This document shows, one piece after another, positions 1 to 13,200 of a stretch of 64,000 nucleotides of DNA. Position numbers and translations under genes: made by a program. The DNA comes from Pristiophorus japonicus (taxonomy: Eukaryota): contig NC_091995.1 of the NCBI RefSeq assembly GCF_044704955.1, positions 17,608,001 to 17,672,000 on the forward strand, written 5' to 3'. The notes below the pieces were generated by a model. It was not told where the DNA came from. It ran no database searches and saw only the letters and a list, made by a program, of their open reading frames with translations. Position 1 is the first letter of the stretch, and the number at the start of each line of letters is the position of its first letter.

Positions 1-298
1 TGTGCGTGTGTATGTGCATGTGTATGTGCATGTGTTTGTGGATGTGTGTGTGTATAAATGTGTTTGTGTATGTGTGTATGTATACATGTATGAGTGTTTG
101 TTTGTGTGTGTGTATGTGTATATGTGTGTGTATGTGTGTGTTTGTGTGTGTATCTGTGCGTGTGTAGATGTGTGTGTATGTGTGTTTGTGTGTGTGTGGG
201 TATGTATGTGGGTGTGTATTTATGCGTGTATGTGTCTGATTATAGGGTGTTATTCTATGGCTGTGTATGTGTTTGTGTGTGTGTGTCTGCATGTGTGA
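1..298. repeat. Degenerate (TG)n/(TGTA)n microsatellite
   Basis: Nearly pure alternating TG with TA/TT interruptions; explains the spurious V/C/Y-rich ORFs 2..298 and 94..318. Confidence 0.95.
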
Positions 299-804
299 GT
301 TTGTGCAAACTATCATAACTTTTTAATAAACGTTTTGGTGATAAAGTGGCGATAGTTATCAAACACAAAGGGATACATGCTTATAACCCATGCATTCGGA
401 CATCGAAATGGATATAATAACAGAAAATGCTGGATTTACTCAGCAGATCAGGCGGCATCTGTCGAGAGAGAAACAAAGTTATCGTTTCAGGTCGATGCCT
501 TTTCCTCAGTATTGGGAAAAAAATTAGAGATGTAACAGATTATAAGTAGGTGCGGTGGGCATTAATCTGGGGACGGAGGAAAGAAGAAAAGGGAAGGCCT
601 GTGATAGGCAGGGTTGATTATATGACAGAAGGTATGATAGGACAACGTAAAAGTCATAGAAATAGAATGTTATCCTCATTTTCACTAGGTTGACATATGT
701 TCTGTACGTGTAAGACCCTGCAAGTTGAGTCTGCTGTGATATAATAACGGATCGACCGACCCAGGGGTTATGGTGGAACAGTTTGTAATAAACAGTCAAC
801 TCAC

Positions 805-1140
805 GCACTACATTTAGCGTTGTTCCTTGTCCGTACGTTTCGGCCACTTCCATTAGTTCCACTTTGCAGTAGTAGTTTCCTGAATCATACTGTCTCACGT
901 CTTTGATAGTAATGGAAGCGTCCCTCCTTTGCGTGAAATCCTCGGCACTTGCCCGCGATAGACGCCCGCTGAATTCCGTGGTTTTGTCGCTGACTTCAGG
1001 TCCACCTTTAAAGTTTTTGTGCCAATTGAAATTACCGACCCCCGGAGGCCCTTCATGCGTGCAGTTCAGGAGCACCGACTGCCCCTCCGTGGCGTTAATG
1101 GACGGGATTTGAATTACTTTGATGTTGGCTGCAGCAATTC
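805..1140 (-). CDS. Gene A exon 2: NKp30/NCR3-like VJ-type Ig V domain
   Basis: Acceptor ttgacag|GA at 1140 and donor C|gtgagt at 805; 336 nt, phase 1-1. Encodes GIAAANIKVIQIPSINATEGQSVLLNC...FNW...EVSDKTTEFSGRL...ASITIKDVRQYDSGNYYCKVELMEVAETYGQGTTLNVV, with V-set Cys/Trp/DxxxYYC, a J-like GxGT motif and the NKp30-like EVxxxTxEFxGR motif. Confidence 0.9.
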
Positions 1141-2129
1141 CTGTCAATAGATGATGATTTGTGATTAGCAAGACGCACCGAGTACTAACTTCATCTTAAC
1201 CAAGCGCTGAAGATGAGGGAGGCCTCCAGTAAAGAGGCCTATCCGGGCAGCCAGTGGTGAAGGGACATTCAAAATGCAGCAACCTTGAACCCGCTGGGTG
1301 TGTTTTTCCAAGGCACCGCGCCACAGTTGGGGCCTGATTAGCAGCGGAGGGATTACGAGACCACGGGTGCACAGACTGCCATTTCCCATCAATTAACTTT
1401 AGCCGTTTTCCCACAACCCGTCCCGCTGCTGGGGTGCTGGCGTGGGACATCGGCAAATAAACTGGGTTGGTTACAGCACATAAGGTGGCCTTTCGGCCCG
1501 TCGAGCCCATGCCGGTCTCTGTCCTAGAGAACTTCAGCTAGTGCCACTACCCCGCCCTTTCCCCGAAGTGCTGCAACTTTTTTACTTCAGTTACTTATCC
1601 AATTCCCTTTAGAAAGCCACTCTTGAATCTGCCTCCACCACTCTTTCAGGCAGTGCATTCCAGATCGTAACCACTCGCTGCATAAAACATAATTTTTCTC
1701 AGGTCGCCTCTGTTTCTTCTGTTAATCACCTTTAATCTGTGTCCTCCGACTCTCGACCCTTCCGCCAACGGGAATAGTTTATCGCTATCTACTATAGCTC
1801 AAACCCTCATTCCACCCATTGGGGTGGAATTCCGTCTTTACCGCCTGGGTGCTACACGTCTTGGGATGGAAGAAGAAAGAAAAAGCCACAGTGAGATTCG
1901 AGGCAATAGACCCCGCCAGATGTCCTCCATTGGGCTGAACGGGAGGAATGTTGGGTGAGTGCTTGGACCCACGACATCAGATTTTCCTTCCTGCATTCCG
2001 CCCAGTTCATACATAAAGGCCAGACGGTAAAGGCAAAATATCAAACCATAATTTCAACAAGCATGATTGTTCACTCCTCAGTATCGCAATTAGATAATAT
2101 AACACAGTCATTCATTTTTAGATCTATCA

Positions 2130-3200
2130 CACATGCATGGCCCAGTTGGTAACAGTTGGGAATCAGGGGGAAATTTCTTTACTGGCTGGATTCATACCTA
2201 GAACAAAGGAAGATGGCTGTGGTGGTCAATCATCCCAGCCCCAGGACATCACTATAGCAGTTCCTCAGGGTAGTGTCCTCGGCACAACCAAAATCAGCTG
2301 ATTCATCAATGACCTTCCCTCCATCATGTCAGCAGCGGGGATGCTCCCCAATGACTACACAGGGTTCAGTGCCATTCATAATTCCTCAGGAAATTAAGCA
2401 GTCCATGCCCGCATGCAACCAGAGCATGACGACATTCAGGCTTGGACAGAGTAGTGGCAGGTAACGCAAGCACCACACAAGTGCCATGCAATGACTATCT
2501 CCAACAACGAGTGTCTAACCATTGCGCCATGACATTCAATGGCATTGCCATCGCTGAATCCCCACCATCAATATACTGGAGATCACCATTCACCAGAGCC
2601 TTAACTGGGGCAGCCACATAAATACTATGGCTACACGAGCAGGTCAGCGGCTTGGAATTCTGCGACGAGTGTCTCATCTCCTGACTCCCTAAAGACTTTC
2701 CACCATTTAAAAGCACAAGTCAAGTGTGCGATTGAATACTGTCCACTTGCGTGAATGAGTGCAGCTCCAACAACAGTCATGAAGCTGGATAACATCCAGG
2801 ACAAAGCATCCCGCTTCATCGGCACCCCATCCACAACCTTAAATATTCAATCCCTCCACCACCGGCACACCATGACTGCAGTGTGTACCATCTACAAGAT
2901 GCACTGCAACAAATCGGCTAGGCTTCTTCGGCAACATCTCCCAAACCCACGACCTTTATCACCTAGAAGGACAAGGTCAGCAGGCGCATGAGAAGAACAC
3001 CACCTCCATGTTCCCCTCCGAGTCACATACCATCCTTACTTAGAAATTTATCGGCTGTTCCAGCACTGTGGGAGCATCTTCGCCATACCGACTGCAGCAA
3101 TTCAGCAAGGTAGCTCATCACCACTTTCTCAAGGGCAATTGGGGATATGCAGTAACTACTGGCCTTCCCACCGAAGCCCACATCCTATGAACGAATAAAA
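2130..3200 (+). mobile_element. Degraded non-LTR retrotransposon 3' part (CR1/L2-group, 'NIHSLHHR' family)
   Basis: RT-like fragments (…VPQGSVL…; KLDNIQDKASRFIGTPSTTLNIQSLHHR). The same family recurs on the - strand at about 7360-7890, 36265-36880 and 57890-58365. Confidence 0.75.
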
Positions 3201-3573
3201 AATCCTAGCCTCTGTGTCAAGTTTGGAGTCTGCACCAGAATTCGAAAATATATGTCTGGCCCATACCCCAGTGCAGAGCCTCGCGGTGCAATCACGGTTC
3301 TGTCGATAAAGTTGAGGGCACTCTGTGCATTTAGTTGGTTCAAGTGACTGTTAAAAATTCCATGTTACTATGCGAAGTAGGCCCGAGACATCTCCGTTGC
3401 CCTGGCCCGCTAACCTTCCCAATTAACACAGACACCTAAATTACGTGCGATCTCAGCCCCTTACTTTGCTGCCTATTAGCCGAGCACCGCCACTGCTCCG
3501 GTCTATGCGAGGCGCTGTGACGTCTTTCTGAGCGACCCTTCTCTGACCGGACTATTGCACAGTTGGTACTTAC

Positions 3574-3616
3574 CAGAGACAAAGATCAGCGCCCAAATTA
3601 TGCATCTGGAATCCAT
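3574..3616 (-). CDS. Gene A exon 1: signal-peptide (leader) exon MDSRCIIWALIFVS
   Basis: ATG at 3616, 14 codons +1 nt, perfect donor G|gtaagt. Phase 1 matches V exon 805-1140. Same 43-nt length and same W-A position as the gene D leader. Confidence 0.8.
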
Positions 3617-4379
3617 CTGGTCCTTTGCTGTACTAACAGTGAAATCAGAAATAAACGGAAGCAATAAGCGGTCGGGAGATCGGCGAGTTGACGAAATGCT
3701 GTTTCCATCGGCGTGAAAGTGACGCAGGGGAAGAGGTGGGTAAGAATGAGGTTGTATGTCCGCTCTTTACTCTCCTTCATGTGCACACGCGTTTGCGCAT
3801 TTCATAAAAAGCTGTGATTCCTCTCGTATACTTAAAGATCACATCTATAGATCCCGCAACTCCGGGATTCTGAAATGTACGAATAAAGACACTGTAATCT
3901 ATTTCAGATCCTGAAGATTGTTTCACACGGAGCTTGAAATTGGGTCGGTTCATATTTTGATGCTGCGTCTCAGAGCGCTCACACTACTAATTGTTGGGTT
4001 AATGCCCCGGCTCTCAAATATGTAGTTCAGCGACTTTTCTATATGTATCTGAGCGGTTTCAGTTAATTAAGATGTAGATATAACGTTATTAATTCAATCC
4101 ATTGCCTGAAGAGGACCCGTGTGACGGTCTGCATAGCCCTAGGGATACCCGTAAGACAAGCTGAAACCCGATGCTCGTGGTGCTAAATACTGCTTGAGGT
4201 GAAAGCCAATAATGTAAACGTTCTAATATTAGATATATATATATCTTTCTCTATATACATCTATATAAATGGAAAAAAATGCAGACAGCATTATACAGCA
4301 CAAGTGGCTTATACACACACACACACACACACACATATATATGTGTGTGTGTGTGTGTAAAGTTGTGAAGCGCCCAGAT

Positions 4380-5760
4380 AAAGTGAATAGACAGGACCTG
4401 TTTCCGTTGGTCAATAACTAGATAGGCCACAGCTGGAATACTGCGTGCAGTTCCGGTCACCACATTGCAGCAAAGATGTGATTGCACTAGAGAGGATACA
4501 GGGGAGATTTACGGGGATGTTACAAGGACTGGAAAATTTCAGCTATGCAGAATGATTGGATAGGCTGGAGTTGTTGGAACAGAGGAGGCCGAGATGAGAT
4601 TTAATTGATGTGCGTAAAATTATGAGGGGCCCAGATAGAGTGGATAGGAAGGATCTATTTCCACTAGCGGAAAGGTCAGCCAAGGGGCATAGAAGGATTA
4701 GAGGGGAGTTCAGGAAAACGTTTTTCATCCAGTCATAGAAGGAGGTCATTCGGCCGGCCGACAATTAGCTATCCAGCCGAATCCCATTTTCCAACTCTTG
4801 GTCCGAAGCCTTGTAGGTTATGGCACTTCAAGTGCATATCCATGTACCTTTTAATTGCTATGAGGGTTTCTGCCTCCACTACCCTTTGAGGCAGTGAGAG
4901 CCAGACCCCCAAAAGCCTCTGGGTGAAAAAGATTCTCCTCAAATCCCTTCTAAACCTCCTACCAATTACTTTAAATTATGCCCCCTGGTTATTGACCCTT
5001 CTGCTCAGGGGAATAGGTCCTTCCTATCCATTCTATCTAGGCCCCTCATAAATATATACACCGCAATTAGGTATCTCCTCGGCCTCATCTATTCCAGAGA
5101 AAACAGCCTCAGCCTATCTAATCTTTCATCATAGCTAAAATTCTCCAGTCCAGGCAACATCCTCGTAAATCTCCTCTGTACCCTCGATAGTGCAAAGACA
5201 TCTTTCCGATAATGTGGTGACCAGAACTGCATGCAGTACTCTAACAGCGGCCTAACTTAGTGTTTTATGCAGTTCAAGCATAACACCGCCGCCCCCCCCC
5301 CCCACCCCCACCCGTGATCTTATATTTTATACTCGGCTAATAAATGCAAGTATCCCGTATGCCTTCTTAACCACCTCGTCTACGTACCGTGTTACCTTCA
5401 GCGATCAGTGGACATGTCCTCCTAGGTCCCTCTGTTCCTCTACACTTTTCAGTGAACTAAAATTTATTGCATATTCCCTTGTCTTGTTAGCCCTACCCAC
5501 ACTTCTCCAGATTGAATTCCATTTGCCACTGTTCTGCCCACCTGATCAGTCAAGGGAACTCACTGCCTGAAAGAATGGTAGAGATAGAAACCCTCAGCAC
5601 AGTTTAAAAGTACTTCAATATGCACTTGAAGTGCCGTAACCTGCAAGGATACCGACCAAGGTGTGAAACGTGGGAGTAAGTTGCACAGCTCTTTTTTAGG
5701 CTGGAACAGACACAACGGGCCGAATGGCCTCCTTCTGTGCCATAGACCTCACTGATTCTA
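4380..5760. mobile_element. CR1-type LINE 3' fragments; a - strand copy (~4745-5550) is nested in a + strand copy
   Basis: RPQLEYCVQF/RRFTRML-type sequence on both strands; the + strand copy resumes at ~5555 (…aactcactgcctgaaag…). Confidence 0.75.
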
Positions 5761-5828
5761 TGATATATATCATCAACACGCGTGCTTTATTATGCAATGG
5801 GTGAAGTTTGATCTGTACTTCCTGAGCA

Positions 5829-7341
5829 TTAGATGTCGCCGGGGAGGATTGCAGAGAGGAAAGTCGGACGGGGAGCATCGTTCTGGTAAGGGTGTTCGTG
5901 CCGATTCTTTTCATTTAACAGAAGGGAAGTAGAATGGGGGTGGGGTGGTGGGGGAAGGGCCAAAGGTGATGGTGTGCGACTACCCTCCTTCCCTGACACC
6001 CCTCCCCAGTGTCTGCTTTGCACTCTGCCCAGACAGTACTTAAAACGCCCATGGGGTCAAGATCTGACTCCATCCCCCAGAAGCTACACCACAATTATGA
6101 CAACTCAGAGCCATTGGCTGGTTATAAAGCGCTCCTGGATATTTCCGAAGCCCTAATAGGGTACTACCTAAATTAAAGTATTTTGTTTTGTTTTGCTTGC
6201 ATACGGTTGCATGGTGCGTGCGTGCTTACATCACATTAATAATTGGTGTTTTTAATTAATGACCTGATTGGTATTAGAGTCCAATCCGCTCCACTTTGAA
6301 TGCAATTGGGAATTGTGCGCACTGACGTTAACGTTGCTGAAACACAGTGGTAAATATAAAAACGGTACCCAAGGGTAGCAAAGTGGTTATGTTACTGGGA
6401 CGAGTTATCCAGAAGCCTGGGCTAAGATTCCGTGAGGTAATCCGTGAGGCTACGGACCAAGATCTGGAAAGTGGGATTCGGCTGGAAAGCTCTTTATTGG
6501 CCGGCACGGACTCGATTGCCTCCCGTCCGTGCTGTGATAATGATTTATATGATTCTTTAATTCTATGAAATCCCAGCACGGCGTTAAGAGATCCAGAGAC
6601 CCCCCCCCCCCCCCAAAATCCCTGTCCCTCACAGTTTGTGTTCTTTGCCTTCTGTGCGTAAACGACAAACTTTCGCTGAGAATGTGTTATCTGGTAGCTG
6701 CACTTAAGCAATTGCAACATACCAGAGACTAGATTCAGCTGAAAATCCGTGTTTTTTTTATTACCACTGGATAGTCTGACTTCATCGCAAGAATATTTAA
6801 AGGACCTCGGGTGACAGTGGTCAGAAATAGTCAGCGACCACACTACGCAATTCTGGGAAATTAGAAGCGCTTGCACGTCTCCAACTGAACTAAACAGAAG
6901 TGACACGTGCAAAATAGCACATGCTTTCTGCTCTATGCTTACCGTGGTATTCTGCACTGAAAACACAACTGAAGGACACGTAATCAAGGAACGTTATTAG
7001 AACACAGTCAGCCGCGCGTGCAGCTGTCTAACCTGAATGCAATTAATATTATGGTCAGTCTAAAAAGAAACGCTTGGGTGTTGCATCATTTCACATGCAA
7101 GCGAGAAATAAGGGCAATATTTAACCGCTAGTCCCACGGCCCTCCGTTATTGCGGGTGCTATCCCATACATTTAACCTCCCGAGAGAGATTATTTCATCA
7201 CAATAATCTTAATTTCCAGAGTAAAAACTGAAGAATATTTGTCCATCTCCGTACCTTCAGTGAACACCGTGTCCTTATGAACACTTGAGCAACACCCACT
7301 TAGCACAGGTACCACGGTGTCCACTCCCAGTTTCCGAACAG
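5829..7341 (-). other. Candidate run of small exons forming the cytoplasmic tail of a further, probably decayed, receptor gene
   Basis: AG..GT-bounded segments at 7255-7341, 7033-7059, 6943-6956, 6633-6651, 6327-6336 and 6230-6263; an acceptor at 6152 followed by GALYNQP; a terminal segment 5829-5906 (NRHEHPYQNDAP…DI*) with AATAAA at 5786-5791. No V exon was found for it. Confidence 0.35.
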
Positions 7342-8719
7342 CTGACACAGATGCAAGGATTTGTTTTAATCATTCACCGGATGTTGGTGTCACTGGCGAG
7401 GCCGGCCTTTATTGCCCATCCCTTATTGCACTTAGAAAGTGGTGGTGAGCCGCCTTCTTGAACCGCTGCAGTCCGTGTGGTGAACGTGCTCTTACAGTCT
7501 TGTTAGGAAGGGAGTTCCAGGATTTTGAATCAGCGACGATTAAAGAATGGCGATATATGTCCAGATCGGGTGTGCTGGTGGTGGAGGGAATGAGTGATTG
7601 AAATGGTGGATGGCGTGCCAATGAAGTGGGCTGCTTTCTCCTGGATGGTGTCGAGAGCCTTGAATGTTGTTGGAGCTGCACTCATCCAGGCAAGTGGAGA
7701 GCATTCCATCACATTCCTGACTTGTGCCTTGTAGATGGTAGAAAGGCTTTGGGAGGTAGACTACCCAGCCTCTGACCTGCTCTTGCAGCCACATATTGAT
7801 GTGGCTGGACCAGTTAAGTTTCTGGTCAATGGTGACCCACATGATGTTGATTGTGGGGGATTCGGCGAAGTGCCTTTGAATGTCACGGGGTCGTGGTTTG
7901 CCTACATCACATTTAAATTAGTCTAAATCTGATTGTGTAGAAGGAACTCGTAAAGCAAAGCCGAAATAACTAGTTTGCTCTCATGTTTTGGCATTTCGAT
8001 GTTTTTTTTTAATAGAATTTTGGATGAATTGTGCTTACTTTTTTTTAATAAATGGGGTTTGCGCCGATCTTCTGCCAAAATTACGGCAGGACATCTGGAG
8101 AGTCACAAGGAAATTTCCGGTGGGTTCTGCTTGTCTCCAATCCATAACTGTGGTGGAAAATCGGCTTGCACCCAGAAGAAGTGGCCCGTGCAGTTAATGA
8201 TCTTTTCTGCCATTTGTGAGGGAGCCGGAGGAAGAAGAGTTTAGACAAAGTTGGAACACGATGGAAAACTTCAGAGGAACTGTCATCATGGTAGTATCGA
8301 CGGAATTGAGACGGAAAGGATGTATGGGAGAGACTGGAGGATAAAGTGCGAAAACGGGTGCTTGGTGTAGGATTGTGTAAATATGACAGGAGAATAGCTT
8401 AACAGAGAAGTCAGTGTTAATAGCTTTTATTATGAGAAGATCTGTCTGATAGAGGCTAACCCATGGTTCAGATGAAGCCGGTCGGATTCCAGAGGGGAGC
8501 GCTGAATAAGCAGGAAGTATCAGGAAAATGCAATTTGCGAAGCATCAAATGGGTTTGTGGAAGAATTATAGCTACCTTTGACCAGCATGTCTCAAGTTGT
8601 GACATTCTTTACCAGGCAGAATTGACTTATTATCTATATAACCAAAGTTAATTTTGCAGTGAGAATAAAGTGTATGTGGTGCACAATTGCCATCTACTGG
8701 CGTAGTACTATGTGACATA

Positions 8720-9063
8720 TAGACGCAGTACTGAGGCAGTGTTATACTGTCAGAGATGCCATCTTTCGGATGAGATGTTAAACCGAGTCCCCTTGTCTTC
8801 CCTCTCAAGCAAAGTAAAAGATCCCACGCCACGAAGAGCATGGCAATTCTTCCCAGTGTCCTTGCCAATATTTATCCCTCAAACTACATCAGTAAAAAAA
8901 AAAGATGATCTGGTCATTATTATATTGTTGTTTATGGGAGCTTACTGTGCGAAAACTACAACTACACTACAACTTTGACTACACTTCAAATGTAATAATT
9001 TTGCTGTAAAGCGCTTTGGGACTTCTAGAAGGCATGAAATGTGCTATATAATTGCAAGTTCTT
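8720..9063 (+). mobile_element. tRNA-derived Deu-domain SINE (5'-truncated)
   Basis: Core …gatgccatctttcggatgagatgttaaaccgag…gtaaaagatccca… and tail …gctatataattgcaagttcttt, shared with the other copies in the window. Confidence 0.75.
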
Positions 9064-9079
9064 TAAAGAAATAATCTTC

Positions 9080-9530
9080 TCTGGGGCAGCGAATTACAAA
9101 GATGTACAACCCTCTGAGAGAAGAAATTCTTCCTCATCTTAGTTTTAAATGGGCGACACCTTATTCTGAAACTATGCCCCCTAGTTCTAGATTCCCGCAT
9201 GAGTGGAAACATCCTCTCTGCATCTATCTTGTCGAGCCCCCTCATTATCTTATATGTTTCAATAACATCACCTTTCATTCTTCTGAACGCCAACGAGTAT
9301 AGGCCCAACCTGCTGAATCTTTCTTCATAAGTCAACCGCTTCATATCACGAATCAAGCTAATGAACCTTCTCTGAGCTGCCTTCAATGCAAGTATATCCC
9401 TCCTGAAATAAGGAGACCAAAACTGTACGCAGTGCTCTAGGTGTGGCCTCACCAATACCCTGTACAGTTGTAACAAGACTTCTCGGCTTTTATAATCCAT
9501 CCCCCTTGCAATAAAGGCCAACATTCCACT
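9080..9530 (-). mobile_element. CR1 LINE RT C-terminal fragment
   Basis: ORF 9063..9563: MLAFIARG…LYRVLVRPHLEHCVQFWSPY…QRRF. Confidence 0.9.
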
Positions 9531-10499
9531 TCCTAAATCCTGGAACGCCCTCCCTACCAGCACTGTGGGAGCACCTTCATGTCATGGATTGCAGTGGTTC
9601 AAGAAGGCGGCTCACCACCAGCTTCTCAAGGTCAATTAGGGATGGGTTAATAAATGCCGGCCTTGTCAGTGATGCCGACATCCCAGCAACTAGTAAATAT
9701 ATATATATTTTGAAACAATGGGTGAACTATCCAAGGACATTAATTACAGGCACTGAGCCAGTCTGGGGAGCCTCTGATAGATATTGTAAAATTGGAGCCT
9801 GGCTTAACCACTGTGATGGGCTGCAAAGCCCTTTGCCGGATCGTGGCTTCACTCTGCATTAAGAATTCGCTGTACTCTATACATAACTAAAAATGCCCTG
9901 GTAGAACCATTGCTGCCTACTTGGAAAGAGGAAAATACTGTGTGACACCTGGCGAGGCATAGTTTGCACATGGGATGATGAACTATTGCTTCTCTGAACA
10001 CATGTCATGCTTTGCACTAAATTAACTAACTGAGTTTGGGGATAACATTTTGGTTCCAGTTGAGGCCCACAGCGTTGGAGAGATTCAAATGAAGATAGCC
10101 ATTCAACAACAACTTTTCATTTATATAGCACCTTGAACATAGTAAAACATCCCAATGTGCTTCATAGGAACAATTTTAAAACAAAATTTGATGGCTGGTC
10201 ACATAAGGAGGTTTTAAGGCAGGTTTCAACAAGCTTGGTCAAATATATAGGTTTAATGGAACATTTTGAATGATGAAGGAGTGGTGGAGAGGTTGAGATG
10301 TTTAGCGAGGAAATTCCACAATTGTGGCCCGGCAGCTGAAGGCATTGCAGACATTGGTGGAGTGGTTAAAATCGGGGATGCGGAAAAGGCCAGAATTTGA
10401 GTAGCTCAGAGGTCTCTGAGGGTTGCAGGGCTGGAGGAGGTTACAGAGATTATAGAGGGTGCGAGGCGATGGAGAGATTTGAAATCAGGTCGAAGCATT

Positions 10500-11390
10500 G
10501 GGAGGTTAGGATGCTAGGAGGCTGCAGGGGGACTTGGACAGGGTAGGTGAATGGGAAAATGCAAGGCAGATGCAGTATAATGTGAATAAGTGTGAGGTTA
10601 TTTACTTTGGTCGCAAAAATAGGAAGGAAGATTATTATCCGAATGGTGACAGATTAGGAAAAGTGGAGGTGCAACGAGGCCTGGGTGTCATGGAACATCA
10701 GTCATTGAAGGTAGGCATGCAGGTACAGCAAGCGGTGAAGAAAGCAAATGGCATGCTGGCCTTCATAGCGAGGGGATTTGAGTATAGGAGTAGGGAGGTC
10801 TTACTGCAGTTGCACAGGGCCTTGGTGAGAGCGCACCTTGAGTTTTGTGTGCAGTTTTGGTCTCCTAATCTAAGGAAGGACATTCTTGCTATTGAGGGAG
10901 TGCAGCGAAGGTTCCCGACACTGATTCCCTGGATGGCAGGACTTACATATGAAGAAAGATTGGATCGACCAGGCTTATATTCACTGGAATTTAGAAGAAT
11001 GAGAGGGGATCTCATAGAAATATATAAAATTCTGACAGGATTGGACAGGTTAGATACAGGAAGAATGTTCCCGATGTTGGGGAAGTCCAGATTCAGGGGT
11101 CACAGTCTAAGGATAAGGGGTAAGCCATTTAGGACCGATATGAGGAGAAATCTCTTAACTTAGTGAATTGTGAACCTGTGGAATTCTCTACCACAGAACG
11201 TTGTTGAGGTCAGTTCGTTAGATATGTTCAAAAGAGAGTTAGATGGGGCCCGTACGGCTAAAGGAATGAAGGGGCATGGAAAGATAGCAGGAATAATGAA
11301 GTTGCATGATCAGCCATGATCATATTGAAGGGTGCAGGCTCGAACGGCCGAATGGCCTACTCCTGCACCTACTTTTTATGTTTCTATAAG
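10500..11390 (+). mobile_element. CR1 LINE 3' end, 5'-truncated
   Basis: ORF 10534..11163 (WQMxYNVxKCEVI…GMLAFIARGFEYRSREVLLQL…) followed by the CR1 3' UTR ending tatgtttcta. Confidence 0.9.
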
Positions 11391-12714
11391 TCGTGAGCAA
11401 ATTTGGATATCCAATCCCACACTTGTTCCTCAATCTAAACTCAACCTTAGAAAGGAATTATACTTGTCGGACATATTTAATGCACATGTTGCTGCAAAAT
11501 GCAAAGGTGGAGAAAGGGATATCAGCCTTAGTTGGTCATGACTAATACAAAATACTTTAAAATGTTGGACTATATCCATAGGTATGGGTCACATCAATAT
11601 TATTTTTATAGCCCAGGGAATACAGTTAATCTTTTAGCTAGGTTAAATATGTGTAGGTTGGTGAGGCGGCAACTCAGAGCACATTACGGGTGCAGAGACT
11701 GGACATGAACTGGTATGTCAGTGAAATTTGACTTGGCGCTTGCAGGTTTGAAGAGGTATCAGCTGGTTGAGCATCAAAAGGGAATGAGGACGCTCAGTAT
11801 GGAGAATCTTGAGTGTCTGGTCTTCGAGTTTGTAGTGTTGCTCAGTGACAGCATTGCATAGGCAGTGCTGCATCTAAAAGAGTCAATCCAGCAGTGCTGT
11901 ATTTGGATATCCAGCAGGTGCCCTATCAGGGAAGAATGAGGGAGCAACCAGGGCTCCCACCTTGATGGGGGCTCAGGCATGATGAGTCACGAGTTTCAGT
12001 CTCTGGCTGAGGGCTTGTGGCATATTATGACCACCATCCCAACCTTCAAGGTGCTGACTGGGACCATGGACGAAGACCGCATTAGAAGCATCGCATATAT
12101 GGTCTAAATGGTTGATGCTTTCTTTTCTAGGGGCGGATGCAGCACCATGGACTGCGGCCTTACAACAGCAGGCATCTTCCAGCTGCACTCGACAGGCTGC
12201 CCAAAGCAGCTCAGGATCTCAGCTCTGATCCAGGAGCAGGTGGTCTTGGGGATTGAACAACCCTAGACCCATGGCTCATCACCCTGGCTTGTCGCCAACA
12301 CGCCCCAGCTCTCCATACCCCGCAGTAAACGCCGTGGCAGCGAATGAGGGCAATTGGCCAAAGAGGTTGTCTAGGTACCAGTGCCAAACGGGTTACCTTG
12401 GGGGATATATGGGCAATTTTACCGCTATCTCTGCTAAAGCCGCCTTCTCCAACTTTATCATCAAGGGGGTTGGGGGGGGGGGGAGGAGAGCGGGGAGCTG
12501 CCAGGCTGGAGGGCATCTATCGGCTCAAACGTGCCCCGCTTGTTCTATTTGGTTGTTCTTGTTGTTTTTGATGAGTATAGTTACATGTTTGAAACAGTCA
12601 CATCGTTGTGATTTTCTAAATAAGCTAGCAAAAGTGGCAACAAATTCAAAGGTTTACATTGTGTATGACTGTTGAGGGCGATACTCATTGCGCCACAATT
12701 CACAATCTGACACC

Positions 12715-13200
12715 CTAGCCCTCTCGAAAGCATTCCATGTTGCTTTGCCCCTGCTCCCACAGTGCAGGATCTTCTGCCTGTAGTGGCTCCTCTCCTGGAC
12801 TGGCATGTTCCAGACCTTCAGTCATGGCAATGTTGTGCAGTGCGCGGCACATGCGGTAATCAATGTTAAGTATGCCCCCTGACCTAACCAAGCAGCCGAA
12901 GTAGCTGTCCAGCACCCTGATGGTTCTCTTGATGACCTGCCTGGTGGACATATAAACTTGGTTGTACCACTCCTCCGCTTAGTCTGTGGGACACGAAAGG
13001 GCGTCATCAGTCACAACAATGGCGAGCAAGCCTTGTCAACGATTCTTCATCCTTGCACCGATACCCCATGACTGAGGATGTGTTCTGTAACAGAATGGTG
13101 CACGAGGAAGGCAGTCAAATGCAGCATGTGCATTACAAATTGAGGGAGTGGAAGCTCTCTTCTGGTTATAAACCTTCAATGTAACGTTGAAGGGAACTCG
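12715..13200 (-). mobile_element. PIF/Harbinger transposase relic (HARBI1-like DDE domain)
   Basis: Frameshifted - strand translation …HSLN…LMTPFRVPQT…STRQVIKRTIRVLDSYFGCLVRSGG…CRALHNIAM resembles the Harbinger motifs LMTP…TRxVIERTIGVLKxRFRCL…CxLHNIA. Confidence 0.75.

Noticed and set aside
524-1171. 215-aa ORF read as a single-exon V+TM protein
   Set aside because: Strong splice sites bound 805-1140; the extension past 805 runs through intron and repeat sequence.
6343-6364. CACAGTG heptamer followed by an A-rich nonamer-like stretch (possible RSS)
   Set aside because: The spacer is ~6 nt, not 12 or 23, and it is not next to a V exon. The V exons already contain the J-like strand.
6328-6987. 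219-aa ORF
   Set aside because: No recognisable domain; it crosses a SINE-like fragment and a poly-C run.
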